A stretch of 62,936 nt of DNA, counting the filler, from Pirum gemmata (taxonomy: Eukaryota): NCBI GenBank assembly GCA_002812295.1. It is 14 parts of 14 records of this genome, joined end to end, with 100 filler letters (N's around TTAATTAATTAA, not from the genome) between each part and the next. Parts side by side here need not be neighbours in the genome. Positions count along the whole stretch, not along the records: positions 9,021 to 13,448 come from PDIN01001182.1; positions 13,549 to 17,936 come from PDIN01001183.1; positions 18,037 to 22,407 come from PDIN01001184.1; positions 22,508 to 26,912 come from PDIN01001185.1; 10 more parts are not named here. The stretch is one strand, 5' to 3'. The position numbers were made by a program, and so were the translations under genes. The notes under the pieces are model-generated. The model was not told the origin of the DNA. It did no database searches and saw nothing but the letters and a program-made list of their open reading frames with translations. Shown piece after piece: positions 13,037 to 25,084 of the stretch (position 1 is its first letter; the number at the start of each line of letters is the position of its first letter).

Positions 13037-14161
13037 NNNNNNNNNNNNNNNNNNNNNNNNNNNNNNNNNNNNNNNNNNNNNNNNNNNNNNNNNNNNNNNN
13101 NNNNNNNNNNNNNNNNNNNNNNNNNNTAGAAATGATAGAAATAATAACAATAGAAACAACCACGACCACGACCACGACCACGACCACCCCGAAAAACAAT
13201 CACCACAACAGCAAATGCCACAACAGCAACGACAACAGCTATTACTCACCACCACCACCACCACCACAGCAGCTATTATTCACCACCACCACACTACTAC
13301 TACGTATAATCTGTACCATTGTCTTTACAGCTACGACCCCAAATGCTGTTGTAATTGTTACTGGATACCGTGTTTTGTAATCTGATGTTGCTATTATATC
13401 AACATTATTCTTTCATAACTAATTTTATATTATTATTTTATATTATATNNNNNNNNNNNNNNNNNNNNNNNNNNNNNNNNNNNNNNNNNNNNTTAATTAA
13501 TTAANNNNNNNNNNNNNNNNNNNNNNNNNNNNNNNNNNNNNNNNNNNNTGTTATTGTTATTGTTATTGTTATTGTTATTGTTATTGTTATTGTTATTTGC
13601 TATTGTTATATTGTTATTGCTATTGTTATATTGTTATTGTTATTATATTGTTATTGTTATTGTTATTGTTATATTGTTATTGTTATATTGTTGTTGTTAT
13701 ATTGTTATTGCTATTGTTATTGTTATTGTTATTGTTATTGTTATTGTTATTGTTATTGTTATTGTTATTGTTACTTTCTCTTTATTACCATTATTATTAT
13801 TAAATTCACTTAGGAAAACAATTATATTTCCATTACGAAGAATTACTTCTAAATCTTTTCTTTTGAACATATTTTTGTATTTTGTGAAATAAAAATACCA
13901 TTTACATTTTTTGTTAAGTAAAATTATTGTATTTTCTTTTTAAAAATTTATCAACTTGTTCACTTGGAATACTTTTTTTGTAACATTAATTTGTTTTCAA
14001 TTAATTAATTAAAAAATGTCTTTTTTATTTTGCGTTTTATTATACAAAAATCGGTTTCATGTTTTCCATTTTTTGTATTAGTCTATAGTAGTATTATTAT
14101 ATAGATCAAATTCTAAAAAACATTTTTCAAACCAATTTTGAAAATGTAATTCACTAGTCTA

Positions 14162-14376
14162 TCGTGTTTTTCAATAGTGTGTCCAGTTCAAAAACTTAAA
14201 AATAAACATAGTCTACCAAATTTTAAATTATTATATAATATGGCTAAACTATCAGACATGTTTTAATTAATTTTTGGTATTTTATACCTAATATTTTTTT
14301 TTATAAACAAGTTCAATTACACACTTAAACAGTGCCAAATTATAGAGTGAGGGGATAACTGTAATGAAATAGACGA
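14162..14376 (-). mobile_element. MITE family A (~200 bp, TA TSD, Tc1/mariner-type), full copy
   Basis: TA|TCGTGTTTTTCA...TGAAATAGACGA|TA. Other full or partial copies at ~2205-2409, 2924-3050, 10889-11015, 25899-26075, 28170-28462, 38660-38778, 48089-48284, 49067-49250, 50231-50417 and 59897-60077. Confidence 0.85.
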
Positions 14377-14742
14377 TAATTTTACCCTTCACAGAACTAG
14401 CATAGACTACCATCATCAAAATAACAATAGACCCCTATAGTCTAAGTTTAACCAAGGACTTCAATGAATTTTACCATTTTTAAAAAAAATATCTTCACCA
14501 CAACAACAATATAAAGATAGACCTATATCGAAATCGACAAATTAAAACATGCTCAAGTCCCCAAACCACTTATTTGTGTGGGAGGTCTCATAGCTGTCAT
14601 ATATCAAGGATATATCGATAGTAGATAGCTAATGCTAGCTAGCTAGCTAGTAGTAGTGATAAACATTAGAACATTTTTTAAAAAAATTTTATATATCATG
14701 CACTGATAGACTCTCATAGTCTAGCTCTAGCTAGAGTCTAGC

Positions 14743-14953
14743 AGTAGGGGTGAGATGACGTCATTTTATTATTACCGAACAGCTGCCGGAACTTTCCCGA
14801 TTTTATGGTTCTATTACTTTAATTGGTATCTTCTATAATTAGATTTACTATTTTAAGCTATTTAACTTCTATTATTAGTAATAAACACAGAACTAAGGTT
14901 GGCTCGATAAGCATCTGTTCGAAAAAAGTTCCAGTGGATATCTCACCCCTACT
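14743..14953 (+). mobile_element. MITE family D, 8-bp TSD (AGTCTAGC)
   Basis: TIR AGTAGGGGTGAGAT...ATCTCACCCCTACT; perfect direct repeat at 14735-14742 and 14954-14961. Confidence 0.88.
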
Positions 14954-15148
14954 AGTCTAGCTAGCCCTATATTTTAGTGCAATTTTTTTTTAATTATGAT
15001 AATATTATGACAATATAAATAGAAATTATTATAATAATATAAGTAACACTTTACTTACATTTATGTATGATACTCCAGACGTATGATAATAGATATGCAA
15101 TACTTATTCAATATATTATTATGATATTTCATACTACTAGCTAGCTAG

Positions 15149-15235
15149 CTAGCTAGACTAGACTCGAGCTAGCTAGACTAGACTCGAGCTAGCTAGACTA
15201 GACTCGAGCTAGCTAGACTAGACTCGAGCTAGCTA
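15149..15235. repeat. 20-bp tandem repeat (CTAGCTAGACTAGACTCGAG) x4
   Basis: Four identical consecutive units. Confidence 0.9.
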
Positions 15236-15534
15236 AACATTTCGTAAGAATTTACTAGAGGAATTTTAAAAAACAATGAATCACTAGCTAGCTACTAGCA
15301 TCTACTAGCACTAGTGATCCACTAGCTAGCTAGCTAGCTAGCTAGTGTCGATAGTAGTTGAATCTGTTGAATCACAAGCAAGTCTACCTTACTGAAATAC
15401 CGTTCCGTCCGTTCGTGAATCGGTCTTTTCTCCTCTTTTCTCTTCACCAAAAATACCTCATTGGGACGAGAGTCTCGGGTGACGGGACGCCTTTTTTTTT
15501 TTTTTTTTTTTTTTTGCTATGTATCATATATCGT

Positions 15535-15775
15535 TCGTATGTATGATAGACTTTTTTTAAAAAATTATTATTATAGTTGACAACAAGCCAATTTTTTGCG
15601 CACCCCCCCGCGCCCTTCACTTATTTATACGTTACGTTGAAAGAAGTTAGGGTTGGGGTATCGTATGTATGTTACACTTTTTAATTATTATTATAGTTGA
15701 CAAGCCAATTTTTTGCGCACCCCCCGTGCCTTTCACTTATTTATACGTTACGTTGAAAGAAGTTAGGGTTGGGGT
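15535..15775. repeat. Tandem duplication of ~120-bp unit next to a telomeric tract
   Basis: TCGTATGTATG...GCCAATTTTTTGCGCACCCCCC...GAAAGAAGTTAGGGTTGGGG occurs twice. Confidence 0.85.
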
Positions 15776-16812
15776 TAGGGGCTGTTGGGGTTAGGGTTAG
15801 GATTAGGGTTAGGGTTAGGATTAGGGTTAGGGTTAGGATTAGGGTTAGGATTAGCTTTTTTCAAACAAATGGTGGTTTTTAACACTTTTTTAACCCTGTT
15901 AAATTTTGGCTATAGTTTCAGTATAGTTTCGCAGTGTTTTGCCTAGAGTGTTTTGCAATTGCTTTGTCCCCCCCCCCAAAAAAAAAAGGAGGGTTGTTCA
16001 TAAAAGACATTTGGTTGGTCTATTTTTGTTCTTTGTTCTTTATTGAAAAACATCGAACACAAAATCAACTATTAGTATTTTTCTCACACGTTCGAAAAAT
16101 AAAACATTTGCTTTGCTGTGAAAGCCTGTGATAGTCTATTTTTTGTCTATTTTTTTTATATCATATCATATATGGTGAAGGAGTCCAAGAAAACTGAAAC
16201 TCCTTGATGGTTTATATTACTAAATATGGTAAAAATCTTAAATTTCACTTAATTTGGTTATTTATTGACTTTTTATGGTATTTTATTATTTATCCAGTTA
16301 AAATCATAGAGTCTTTTAAATTTGACCAAGATTATCCAATCAGAATGCTTGAGTCTTAAAAATATTTCATAGACTTTTAAAGACCCACTATCATTTTCCT
16401 AAAAACGTATACATCATTTTTAACGAAATTTCCTTTTTTTGATTTTACATTTAAAAAAAAAAAAAAATAAGGAAATTGATTTGTTTTTGTTTTTTTTTTT
16501 CTTTCTTTTTCTTTTTTGTTTTTTTTTTTTTTTTTTTTTGGTGTGGCAATTATTAGTCAATAAATTTATACAATATACCTTATTTGTAATATTAATCTGA
16601 AACATCATCTTGTATTGGACAGACAGTTATTGGATTGTTATTGAGCATCGAATCCACCGATGTCATCGTCGACTCATCGGATTAGACTTTTTTGAGTTTG
16701 TTACGAATCCTTTTGTATACTTGCTTTTTGTTTCAAATCTACCTATATTCCTGAATCCGACTACTTATGTGCCTTTGGCTGTGAGTGTTAAGTTAAAAAA
16801 TTAAAAAAAAAA

Positions 16813-17427
16813 ATGGATATTTATTCTGAGAAAGACGAATCAATTAAAAGCAATGCACCTTCTGTATACGATTATTCTTTTTAAAAATACACCTCGTTAT
16901 GTATGTGGGGTAAAAGTAATTTTCCTGAACAAAAATGGGGTATGAAAGAAGGTATTCGTGAAATGTTTTCAAACATGCAAGATGCTGGTGTTACAGTTTG
17001 TAGCTATTATTCGTTGATTAACATGCCACTTGATTTTAATGAGAAAAGTGTTGTAGTTAACGCATTTGATAAATTTGTAAAAATTGTAAAAATTGGTGAA
17101 ATTCGTGTTACTACTGCTACTAAAACTTATGGGTTAGGGTGTAAACAAGTAGGTCAAGTAAAGGAAAAGTATACTTATAAAACAACTAAAAATTGTAGGT
17201 GTATTAATGTAATTGAATTTATTAATTATGCTATTACTACTGGTAATGCATCAAAAACTAGTGATAATGATGCAATTGGAAAATTTGGTGAGGGATTGTG
17301 CGCTGCTTTAATGCTGTTAGAGGGCGTTATACCTTTGATACTTGTTGGCTACCAACATGATATGTATAATTGTATTTTATTAATTAATATTATAACAAAA
17401 ATAATTGAAAAAAACATTAGTTTTTAA
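16813..17427 (+). pseudogene. GHKL (HATPase_c-like) ATPase domain, intronless, probably decayed
   Basis: N-box WGMKEGIREMFSNMQDA and G2-box GNASKTSDNDAIGKFGEGL. The in-frame upstream ATG (16813) is cut off by TAA at 16882; the G1 region looks deleted and the frame decays after LLEGV. Open frame is 16903-17427. Confidence 0.7.
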
Positions 17428-18060
17428 TTTTTCGCGCTTGAATGAATATTTTATGTTATGATAAAAAAAAAAATCTAGACTAGCTAGAGCTATGATAGCT
17501 TGTTGTCGCTCTTGTCTAAACTTCAACAGCTCTAGTAGGATCAAGGTAAAGGGGCTGAGGTATCTAACTAAGTACACGCAATAAAGTCCATAATATATAT
17601 ATATAATATCATTAATTTTATAATGTTTGTATATAATCAAACTACGTATACGCTATATAATCAATATTATACTATTATATATATTATATAACTTTATATA
17701 ATATACAAGTAGCTATAGTGGAAATTCAAATTTATATTCCTTTAAATTTATATTATTATAGTATTCAACAAGGAATTCGAATCTATCAGTTTATACACGA
17801 TTTTTGTTTTCAAAGATACTTTCAGCTGTATCTTTTAAAAATAATGAAAATAACAATTCATTTTTATGAAACAATTCTTTGTATACCAATTATTTGATAT
17901 TAAATTCATTATATATTATTATTATTATTATTATTANNNNNNNNNNNNNNNNNNNNNNNNNNNNNNNNNNNNNNNNNNNNTTAATTAATTAANNNNNNNN
18001 NNNNNNNNNNNNNNNNNNNNNNNNNNNNNNNNNNNNAATAATAATAATAATCCTCAATAG

Positions 18061-18731
18061 GTGATCCGACTGTTTATAAGGACACTGCGAGTTTTGCCGT
18101 AGGTTATAATCATTTGATGGATGAAAGCGGAAGAAAAGTTAGCGATTTATCTTTAGCCAAAATAACGAATCCTTTTTACAATCTCCAAACCAACAACAAT
18201 AACACAACGATTGAAAAAGAAGAAAGCTTATTTTTCGGAGACGCTGGGTTAAGCGGAGACGGCTGTATGCCGTTAGGCCCTCTACTTGAACCAGAGCGGG
18301 ATGTACAAGTTATTTTTGCCATCGACAGTAGCGGTGACGTAGATTATTATCCTAACGGTAGCTCATTAATTCTATCCGCTCAGAACGCCAAAAAAATGAA
18401 CTTACCACACCCGAAAATACCGAATGCAGAAGAATTTTTAGCAAACGATTTTAAATTATTAAAAAGTATAACTTTTTTTGGTTGTGACGAACTCGATGTT
18501 CCTACTATTGTGTACATTCCTAACCGTGAGGTTAGTTTTGCTTCGAACGTAGGAACTGGTCAATTCACTTATAACGATGATACACGACGAAAGATTTTTG
18601 AAAATGGTGAAAATCAACTGTATAGCCAACCTAACTTTGGCAGATGTGTTGGCTGTTTATTAGGTTCTTACATGAATTATAAATCTGAAGAATGCACGCA
18701 ATGCATGTCAACGTACTGCTTTCGAAACTAA
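18061..18731 (+). CDS. Lysophospholipase / phospholipase B (PLA2_B family), terminal exon
   Basis: TAG acceptor at 18058-18060. Motifs NPFY, DAG...PLGPLLEPERDVQVIFAIDSSGD, YPNGSSL, TFFGCD, IVYIPN and C-terminal CVGC...CTQC..YC are typical of fungal-type PLB. Stop at 18731. Confidence 0.88.
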
Positions 18732-21139
18732 TTTTTTAAAAATGTTGTGTGATGAAGTTTATTTAGTCTTATTAATTAAAGTGTTTTTTTGGATAGGCTC
18801 GTGATTTATAAATACGACTGTTATCGAATTTATCGAGGGATATAATAGCTGGTATAATTGTATACAATAAAATTCTTCTTTTAGGGGGGTCTTGATAAAC
18901 AATAAAAAATAATACATATCGATAATAATAATATTTAAAAAATTTAATCACTGTTGTATCGATAAACCATTAAAAATTAGAAGTCTGTTTGTTGGATTCT
19001 AAAGAAAAGGAGCCAAAAAAAAAAAGAGGAAAAGTAGTGGAAAAGTGCTCCTGGAAGAGTGCTCTTACCTAGCTAGGCTAGAGTCCTAGCTAGGCTAAGC
19101 TAGCTACTGGCTGCCCTGGCTAGCTAGCTGGAAAAGTGCTCTTGGAAAAAGACTCGAAAAGCGAAAAGTGCCTCAAAAAGTGCCTCGAAAAAAAAAAAAA
19201 AAAAAAAAAAACTGCAGCTAGCTACTAGCTAGCTAGAGAGCCGTTAGAGTCTACTCTCTAGCTAGGAGTTCTCTCTACTAGCTAGAGTAGCTAGCTAGCT
19301 AGTCTAGTAGTAGAGTCTCTTTCTCAAGTAAGAGTAATGTAGAGTCATTGTAGAGTCAATGTAGACCAGTGTTGTAGACCCATGTAAAGTATCATATCAC
19401 AATAATAATAAAAATTGAGCTATTCACCATTTTTTCACGGCCAGGTGGCCGTGATTTTTTGATGTTTTTTAAATTGGTTGGATATAATATATTATAATAA
19501 TATCGATGTGATATATTATCGACTATCTGATTCCTGATCTACTATCGTGCATTTCATTTATTATGTCACTCCGAATATTTATTTGGAGGGTTATAATCTT
19601 TAAATTGACAATTTTAAATCAATATACAGATAGCAAAATATACCAAATTAGATTAAATGAGTTTATATTATATTAATTTGGTACTATTGAAAAGCACTAT
19701 ACTATAACTATACTATATATAAATAGTAAAAAAACAGTTATTTTCGCCGCGAAAATGACTGTTAGGGCCTATACGAATACCCGTGTAAACTAAACCTGGA
19801 GAAGTTCACGAACAGTGACGAACTAGCTAGGTTGACTTTCAGACTAGAAAAAAATGACTAGCTAGCTAGGCTATGACTTTATATTGATATTTTAAATTTT
19901 TTTATACGATATCATAATAGTATCATAATATGATTTATAATACTACTATCAATAGTTAATGATTATTATTAGTGATATCATATGAATCATCGATATCATA
20001 TATGATATGATATCATAGAAAAAAAAAAAAAATAATTTATCAGATTTATCAGATTTATCTATCATATATACTAATCTATAGCATAGCCAGGGTTTCATTT
20101 TTTTTTTTTTTTTGCCACACGTGAGTGAGCGTTAGGATATTTGCGCAAAGTGATGTCACAATTTACTTCTTGGAGAGGCCAAAAAAAAAAAGTTTCGCAA
20201 AAGTTTTCGTAGCCATGATTAGAGGGTCAATATTGGCCTAAAAATTATTCTTAATTTTGTCGAACCGAAATAATTATTATGTAAACGTAGCGTAGCCGTA
20301 ACGTACCAACCAGCTGCGCAAAAAACCTGCTCGTTCAAAACCAAGTCGATTTCAAAAATTTCGTGGAAATGTTCGTTTTTCTTTTTGGAATAAAATAGTC
20401 TACATATTTGGTTCGAGAAAAAAATTTTTTTTCGCCTGGTTTTTTGGGCTAATTAGTCTGGGCCAGGGTAAAATAATTTGCGAAGACATTTGAGGGAGAG
20501 GGCCCCGCAGTTTTGCGAAAATTGCCAGCCCCTGACCTAAAACACCCAACCTACCACTATCAAATAAGGATGTTTCGTAATTTTTGCGATAGCCTTGAAA
20601 ATAATCGTTTTGTATTTTTTTTAAACTACCAAGCCGGATAAAAATGGTGACGCCATATGAGCACAAATCCACAAAATCTCAAAATGATCCAATTTGAATA
20701 AAAGTACTACCAAATATTGAGAAATCATTTAACTAAGAAAACTCTATTATGAACCAATTGCTACCTTTAAAAATAATTTGGCTAGTTAGTATTAAAGATT
20801 TTTAGAAAAGAAGTCTAAAAAACGATTCTAGACCATTATCCGACTTGATAGTTTTAAAAAAAAAAAAAGTAACTGAAAAAAAAAAAAAAAAGTCAACTGA
20901 AAAAAAAAAAAAAAAACCTAACCCGATTATGAATTTATGAAGTATAGATTAATTTGTAGATTTTAACTGGTAAACCTTAGTAGTCAGACTCTAAAAGAAA
21001 AAAGGAAAAAAGAAAAAAGGAAAAAAGGAAAAAGGAGTGAAAAAGCTGAGTGAAAAAGAGCCTAAGAGGTGAAAAAGACTAACGAGGTGAAAAAGACTTG
21101 AAAAAGTGAAAAATTAGATACTAGCTATAGCTCTAGCTA

Positions 21140-21674
21140 CTAGCGTCTATCCGTCAGAGCGCTATGTTATCAATTGATTACGTGTTTTTTTTTTTAGTAA
21201 TCAATTGATAGCCCTTTTTTCGAAAAAAAAAAACTGAATTTTTTTTTTTTTTTTTTTTTTTACACCTACCTTTTCTTTTGCATTTAAGCGTTTCTAACCC
21301 CGAAATTCGGATTCTACAGGTTCGAAATAGGTTATAACTATAGTCTCTAGATATTTAGTTTTTTAAAATTGCTTGTTCGAAGCTTTTATTTTTCATCAAG
21401 TATAAAAAATTGCTAATAAAAATTGGTTATTTATTATTATTTATTATTGCTGTTACATATAATTCATTATGTAAAAAAAAAAAAAAAGTTTTACTTGAAT
21501 GAATGACACGATACTTTCACCACTTAATATTGACGTAATTTCCTTTCATTTGATATGCTTTTCGTCTCAATTGCGTAATTAAGTGTTAATACGACCACGT
21601 TGGATTTGAGATAAAAAGGTAATCAATTGATGACCTAGTAATCAATTGATTACGCTCTGACGAATAGACACTAG
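21140..21674. mobile_element. Non-autonomous TIR element family F (CTAG/TAG termini; Academ-like, tentative)
   Basis: CTAGCGTCTATCCGTCAGAGCG ... CGCTCTGACGAATAGACACTAG with sub-terminal ATCAATTGAT palindromes. The right half recurs at 22049-22259, and a diverged inverted copy lies at 49288-49446. Confidence 0.7.
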
Positions 21675-22805
21675 CTAGCTAGTAGGTCATAGCTATCGAT
21701 AGCTAGCTAGCTCTAGCTAGTAGCTAGTTGTAGGAGGTGTTGTAGGAGGTTCAAAGCATACTGNTTCAAATACCCCTACCTACCTACCCCTCGACGTTAA
21801 TTTCTGGTCAAATACTACCTACCTACCTACCACTTGACGTGACGTATTATTTGAACGCTCCCTAGCTAGCTAGAGCTATCATAGCTAACTAGCTGGCTAG
21901 TAGTAGCTAGCTAGCCAGAGAGTATCATATCAGATACACTGAGGCTAGCTATATCGATAGTAGACTACACTGAGGGTACCTTCTGGGGGTACACTGATAT
22001 GTGATCATATGTGACATGACCCTGGACTACCCTGGATTACCATGGGTTAAAAAAAAAAAAAAAAAAAAAAAAGTTTTACTTGAATGAATGACACGATACT
22101 TTCACCACTTAATATTGACGTAATTTCCTTTCATTTGATATGCTTTTCGTCTCAATTGCGTAATTAAGTGTTAATACGACCACGTTGGATTTGAGATAAA
22201 AAGGTAATCAATTGATGACCTAGTAATCAATTGATTACGCTCTGACGAATAGACACTAGCTAGCTAGTAGGTCATAGCTATCGATAGCTAGCTAGCTCTA
22301 GCTAGTAGCTAGTTGTAGGAGGTGTTGTAGGAGGTTCAAAGCATACTGTTCAAATACTACGTAACACCAACTTCCGGTCAAATACAGCTTCAAATACCCC
22401 TACCTACNNNNNNNNNNNNNNNNNNNNNNNNNNNNNNNNNNNNNNNNNNNNTTAATTAATTAANNNNNNNNNNNNNNNNNNNNNNNNNNNNNNNNNNNNN
22501 NNNNNNNATATAATAATATTAATTTATAATATAATATTGATATAATAAGACACTTTTTGCGACAAAAGTCAATAAAAGTGCATATATTAATTATTGGTAT
22601 TATTAATTAATATATATTAATTAATATTATAATCATTATTATTATAATACGTATACTATTAATTATTAATTATTATATAATTGTTATTATAATATTATAT
22701 ATTATTTAATTAAATACCTTTTCAGTAGACGAGAGCTGACTTTCTTTCTAACTAACTAAACCTCTAGCTAGACTAATAAAGAAACAGAAAGTTCACAGAA
22801 AGACC

Positions 22806-23037
22806 AGTAGGGGTGAGATGACGTCATTTTATTATTACCGAACAGCTGCCGGAACTTTTCCGATTTTACGGTTTTATTACTATTAATGTTAATATTATCA
22901 CTTTAATTGGTATCTACTATAATTAGATTTACTATTTTAAGCTATTTAACTCCTATTATTAGTAAGAAACATGGAACTAAGGTTGGCTCGATAAGCATAT
23001 GTTCGAAAAAAGTTCCAGTAGATATCTCACCCCTAAT
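22806..23037 (+). mobile_element. MITE family D, 8-bp TSD (GAAAGACC)
   Basis: Near-identical to 14743-14953 with a perfect TSD. A third copy at 25118-25350 lacks a clean TSD. Confidence 0.88.
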
Positions 23038-24863
23038 GAAAGACCTCAGCAGAAGCTTACTATCATGAATTCGAAAGCCAACGAAAATTATTGTTATAAA
23101 TAACTTAAAAAATTATCAATAAGTAGTTTTTTCAATAAGTAGTTTTTTCAATAAATAGTTTTTTCAATACTTGAAACTTGGTATATGGGAGTGTTCAAAT
23201 AATACGTCACGTCAAGGGGTAGGAAGGTAGGTGGTATTTGACCGGAAATTAACGTCGAGGGGTAGGTAGGTAGGGGTATTTGAAGCTGTATTTGACCAGA
23301 AATTGGCCTTACGTAGTATTTGATCTAGTCTATATATCAGATAATATTATAATATCGATAAGAGTTCTATCCGATAGAACCCTGGGTCTAGATAGGCTAT
23401 TTATAATAAAAGTGTAGGTATTAATTATAATATACCGTAGTCTATATGATGGTACCATTGCGAAACTGTTCGGTGAGTATTTCGTAAACGTTTTGCTTGA
23501 GGGTATTATATATTTCTATATTATATCGTTTAACCTTTCAGTTTCTTTAACTCTGGTTTTAACTAGAGTTGAATAATCTTTGTGCATAGAATCTCAGAGT
23601 TGTTCAATGTTAGAAAATTGGGGTTTATACTCTTTTAATATTTCTTCAGAAGCATTATTTGAGATAGAATTACCAGAAGTTACTGCTATCAATACATAGT
23701 CTCCTAAAGACATATTAGCTAGAGCTACTATCATAGCTAGTATCGATAGAGACTCTACTATGATATAATTAATAGATCTATCATACTATAAAATCTACTG
23801 CAATACCGGGTACCTTTGGTCCAGTACTACAGTTTTTTATTTTCTTGTTTGTGGTTGTCGTTGTTGTTGTTCAATGTTATAATGTTATCGTTGCTGTTGT
23901 CGTTGTTGTTCAATGTTGCTGTTGTACATATAAATAGTTGTTGCTTTTATTGTTATTGTTGTTGTTGTATAATATGATAATAATAGTGTATCGTGATACG
24001 TAGTAGTAGTAGCAGTGGCAATATATACATAGTAGTAGTATTAATAGTAGTCTAGTAGTAGTGCACGTGGTATTATTATTATTAGTAGTAGTAGAATTGT
24101 AGTAGTAGTACTAGCTAGTGGTGGTACGTAGTAGTAGTTGTAGTAGTTGTTGTTTTAGCGTTTTTAGTTAAGTTAGTTAGTTAATTTATTTGTTTGTTAT
24201 ATTATTAGTTAGTTTTTATATATATATATATATATTGTTTCGTGGTGGTAGTCTGTTTGTAAACTGTTTGTAATTTATATACCGGTAATACATAAATAAT
24301 ATTATATCAATAATATCAAGGAAGACTATTAATAGTAATAATAAATTTACGTCATTTTTAAAAAATATTGACGTAACGATATTTTAAAAAAAAGTTGAAA
24401 GGAAAACCCTAACGCAAGATTTGGGTAGCGCTGGGTTTTTATTACTTTTTTTAGACGTCATCCAAGCGTCATCATTTGCCCTTTTCAAGCTTTTCAATCT
24501 TTACGTCATATCAAATGTATTTATTATTTTATATAAATAAATTATTATTATTTTTTAAAAAAAAAATTAATTCTATTATTATATCATACAATAATAAATA
24601 AATTATTCCTCGGGCCCAATAGACTGTGGAAAACATTGATTTATGACTGATTTATGTATGTATAGTCTATCTAGAGTCTATGTATAGTTCTCGCTATTAT
24701 TAGTGGTAGTCTGCAAACTTCAAAAACGCCATTAGACTATAATATAACTGTTACACTACTATTACTCTGTGCTTTTCATTTATTTATATTTTATAATGAC
24801 AAAGTAACACTAAAGTAACTAACTGAAAAGCACGATTTATTGTATGATAAATAGCTTAATTAC

Positions 24864-25084
24864 AGGAGGGATGAGATGACGTCATCTTACCAATTGGATG
24901 CTCGGACCGGCGAACTTCCAGAAATTTGCCTAAAGTTACTATAAATAGTATAATAAACTCTTTTTAAAGTAACNNTACTAAATAAATAATTATAAATACT
25001 AAATATGGTAAGGCGAAACAGGCGAACAACATTTACTTTGTGCCTCGGTCAAAAAAATTCGCCATAAGAGTTCTCACCCCTCCT
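24864..25084 (+). mobile_element. MITE family D-related subfamily, 8-bp TSD (TTAATTAC)
   Basis: AGGAGGGATGAGATGACGTCA...TCTCACCCCTCCT with a different interior; perfect TSD at 24856-24863 and 25085-25092. Confidence 0.85.

Noticed and set aside
12857..13892. Homopolymeric ORFs (poly-L, N, T, YC)
   Set aside because: Trinucleotide and hexanucleotide microsatellites spanning gaps; no domain signal.
16882..16884. In-frame TAA as a sign of stop-codon reassignment
   Set aside because: Intact genes here end in TAA and long ORFs contain no in-frame TAA/TAG; local decay is the simpler explanation.
20088..20534. hAT-like element CAGGG...CCCTG
   Set aside because: No 8-bp TSD and the termini match over only 5 bp.
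22049..22407. Tandem duplication of ~21470-21790
   Set aside because: Essentially identical, begins in poly-A at a scaffold end, and there is a single N at the divergence point. Likely an assembly or haplotype artefact.
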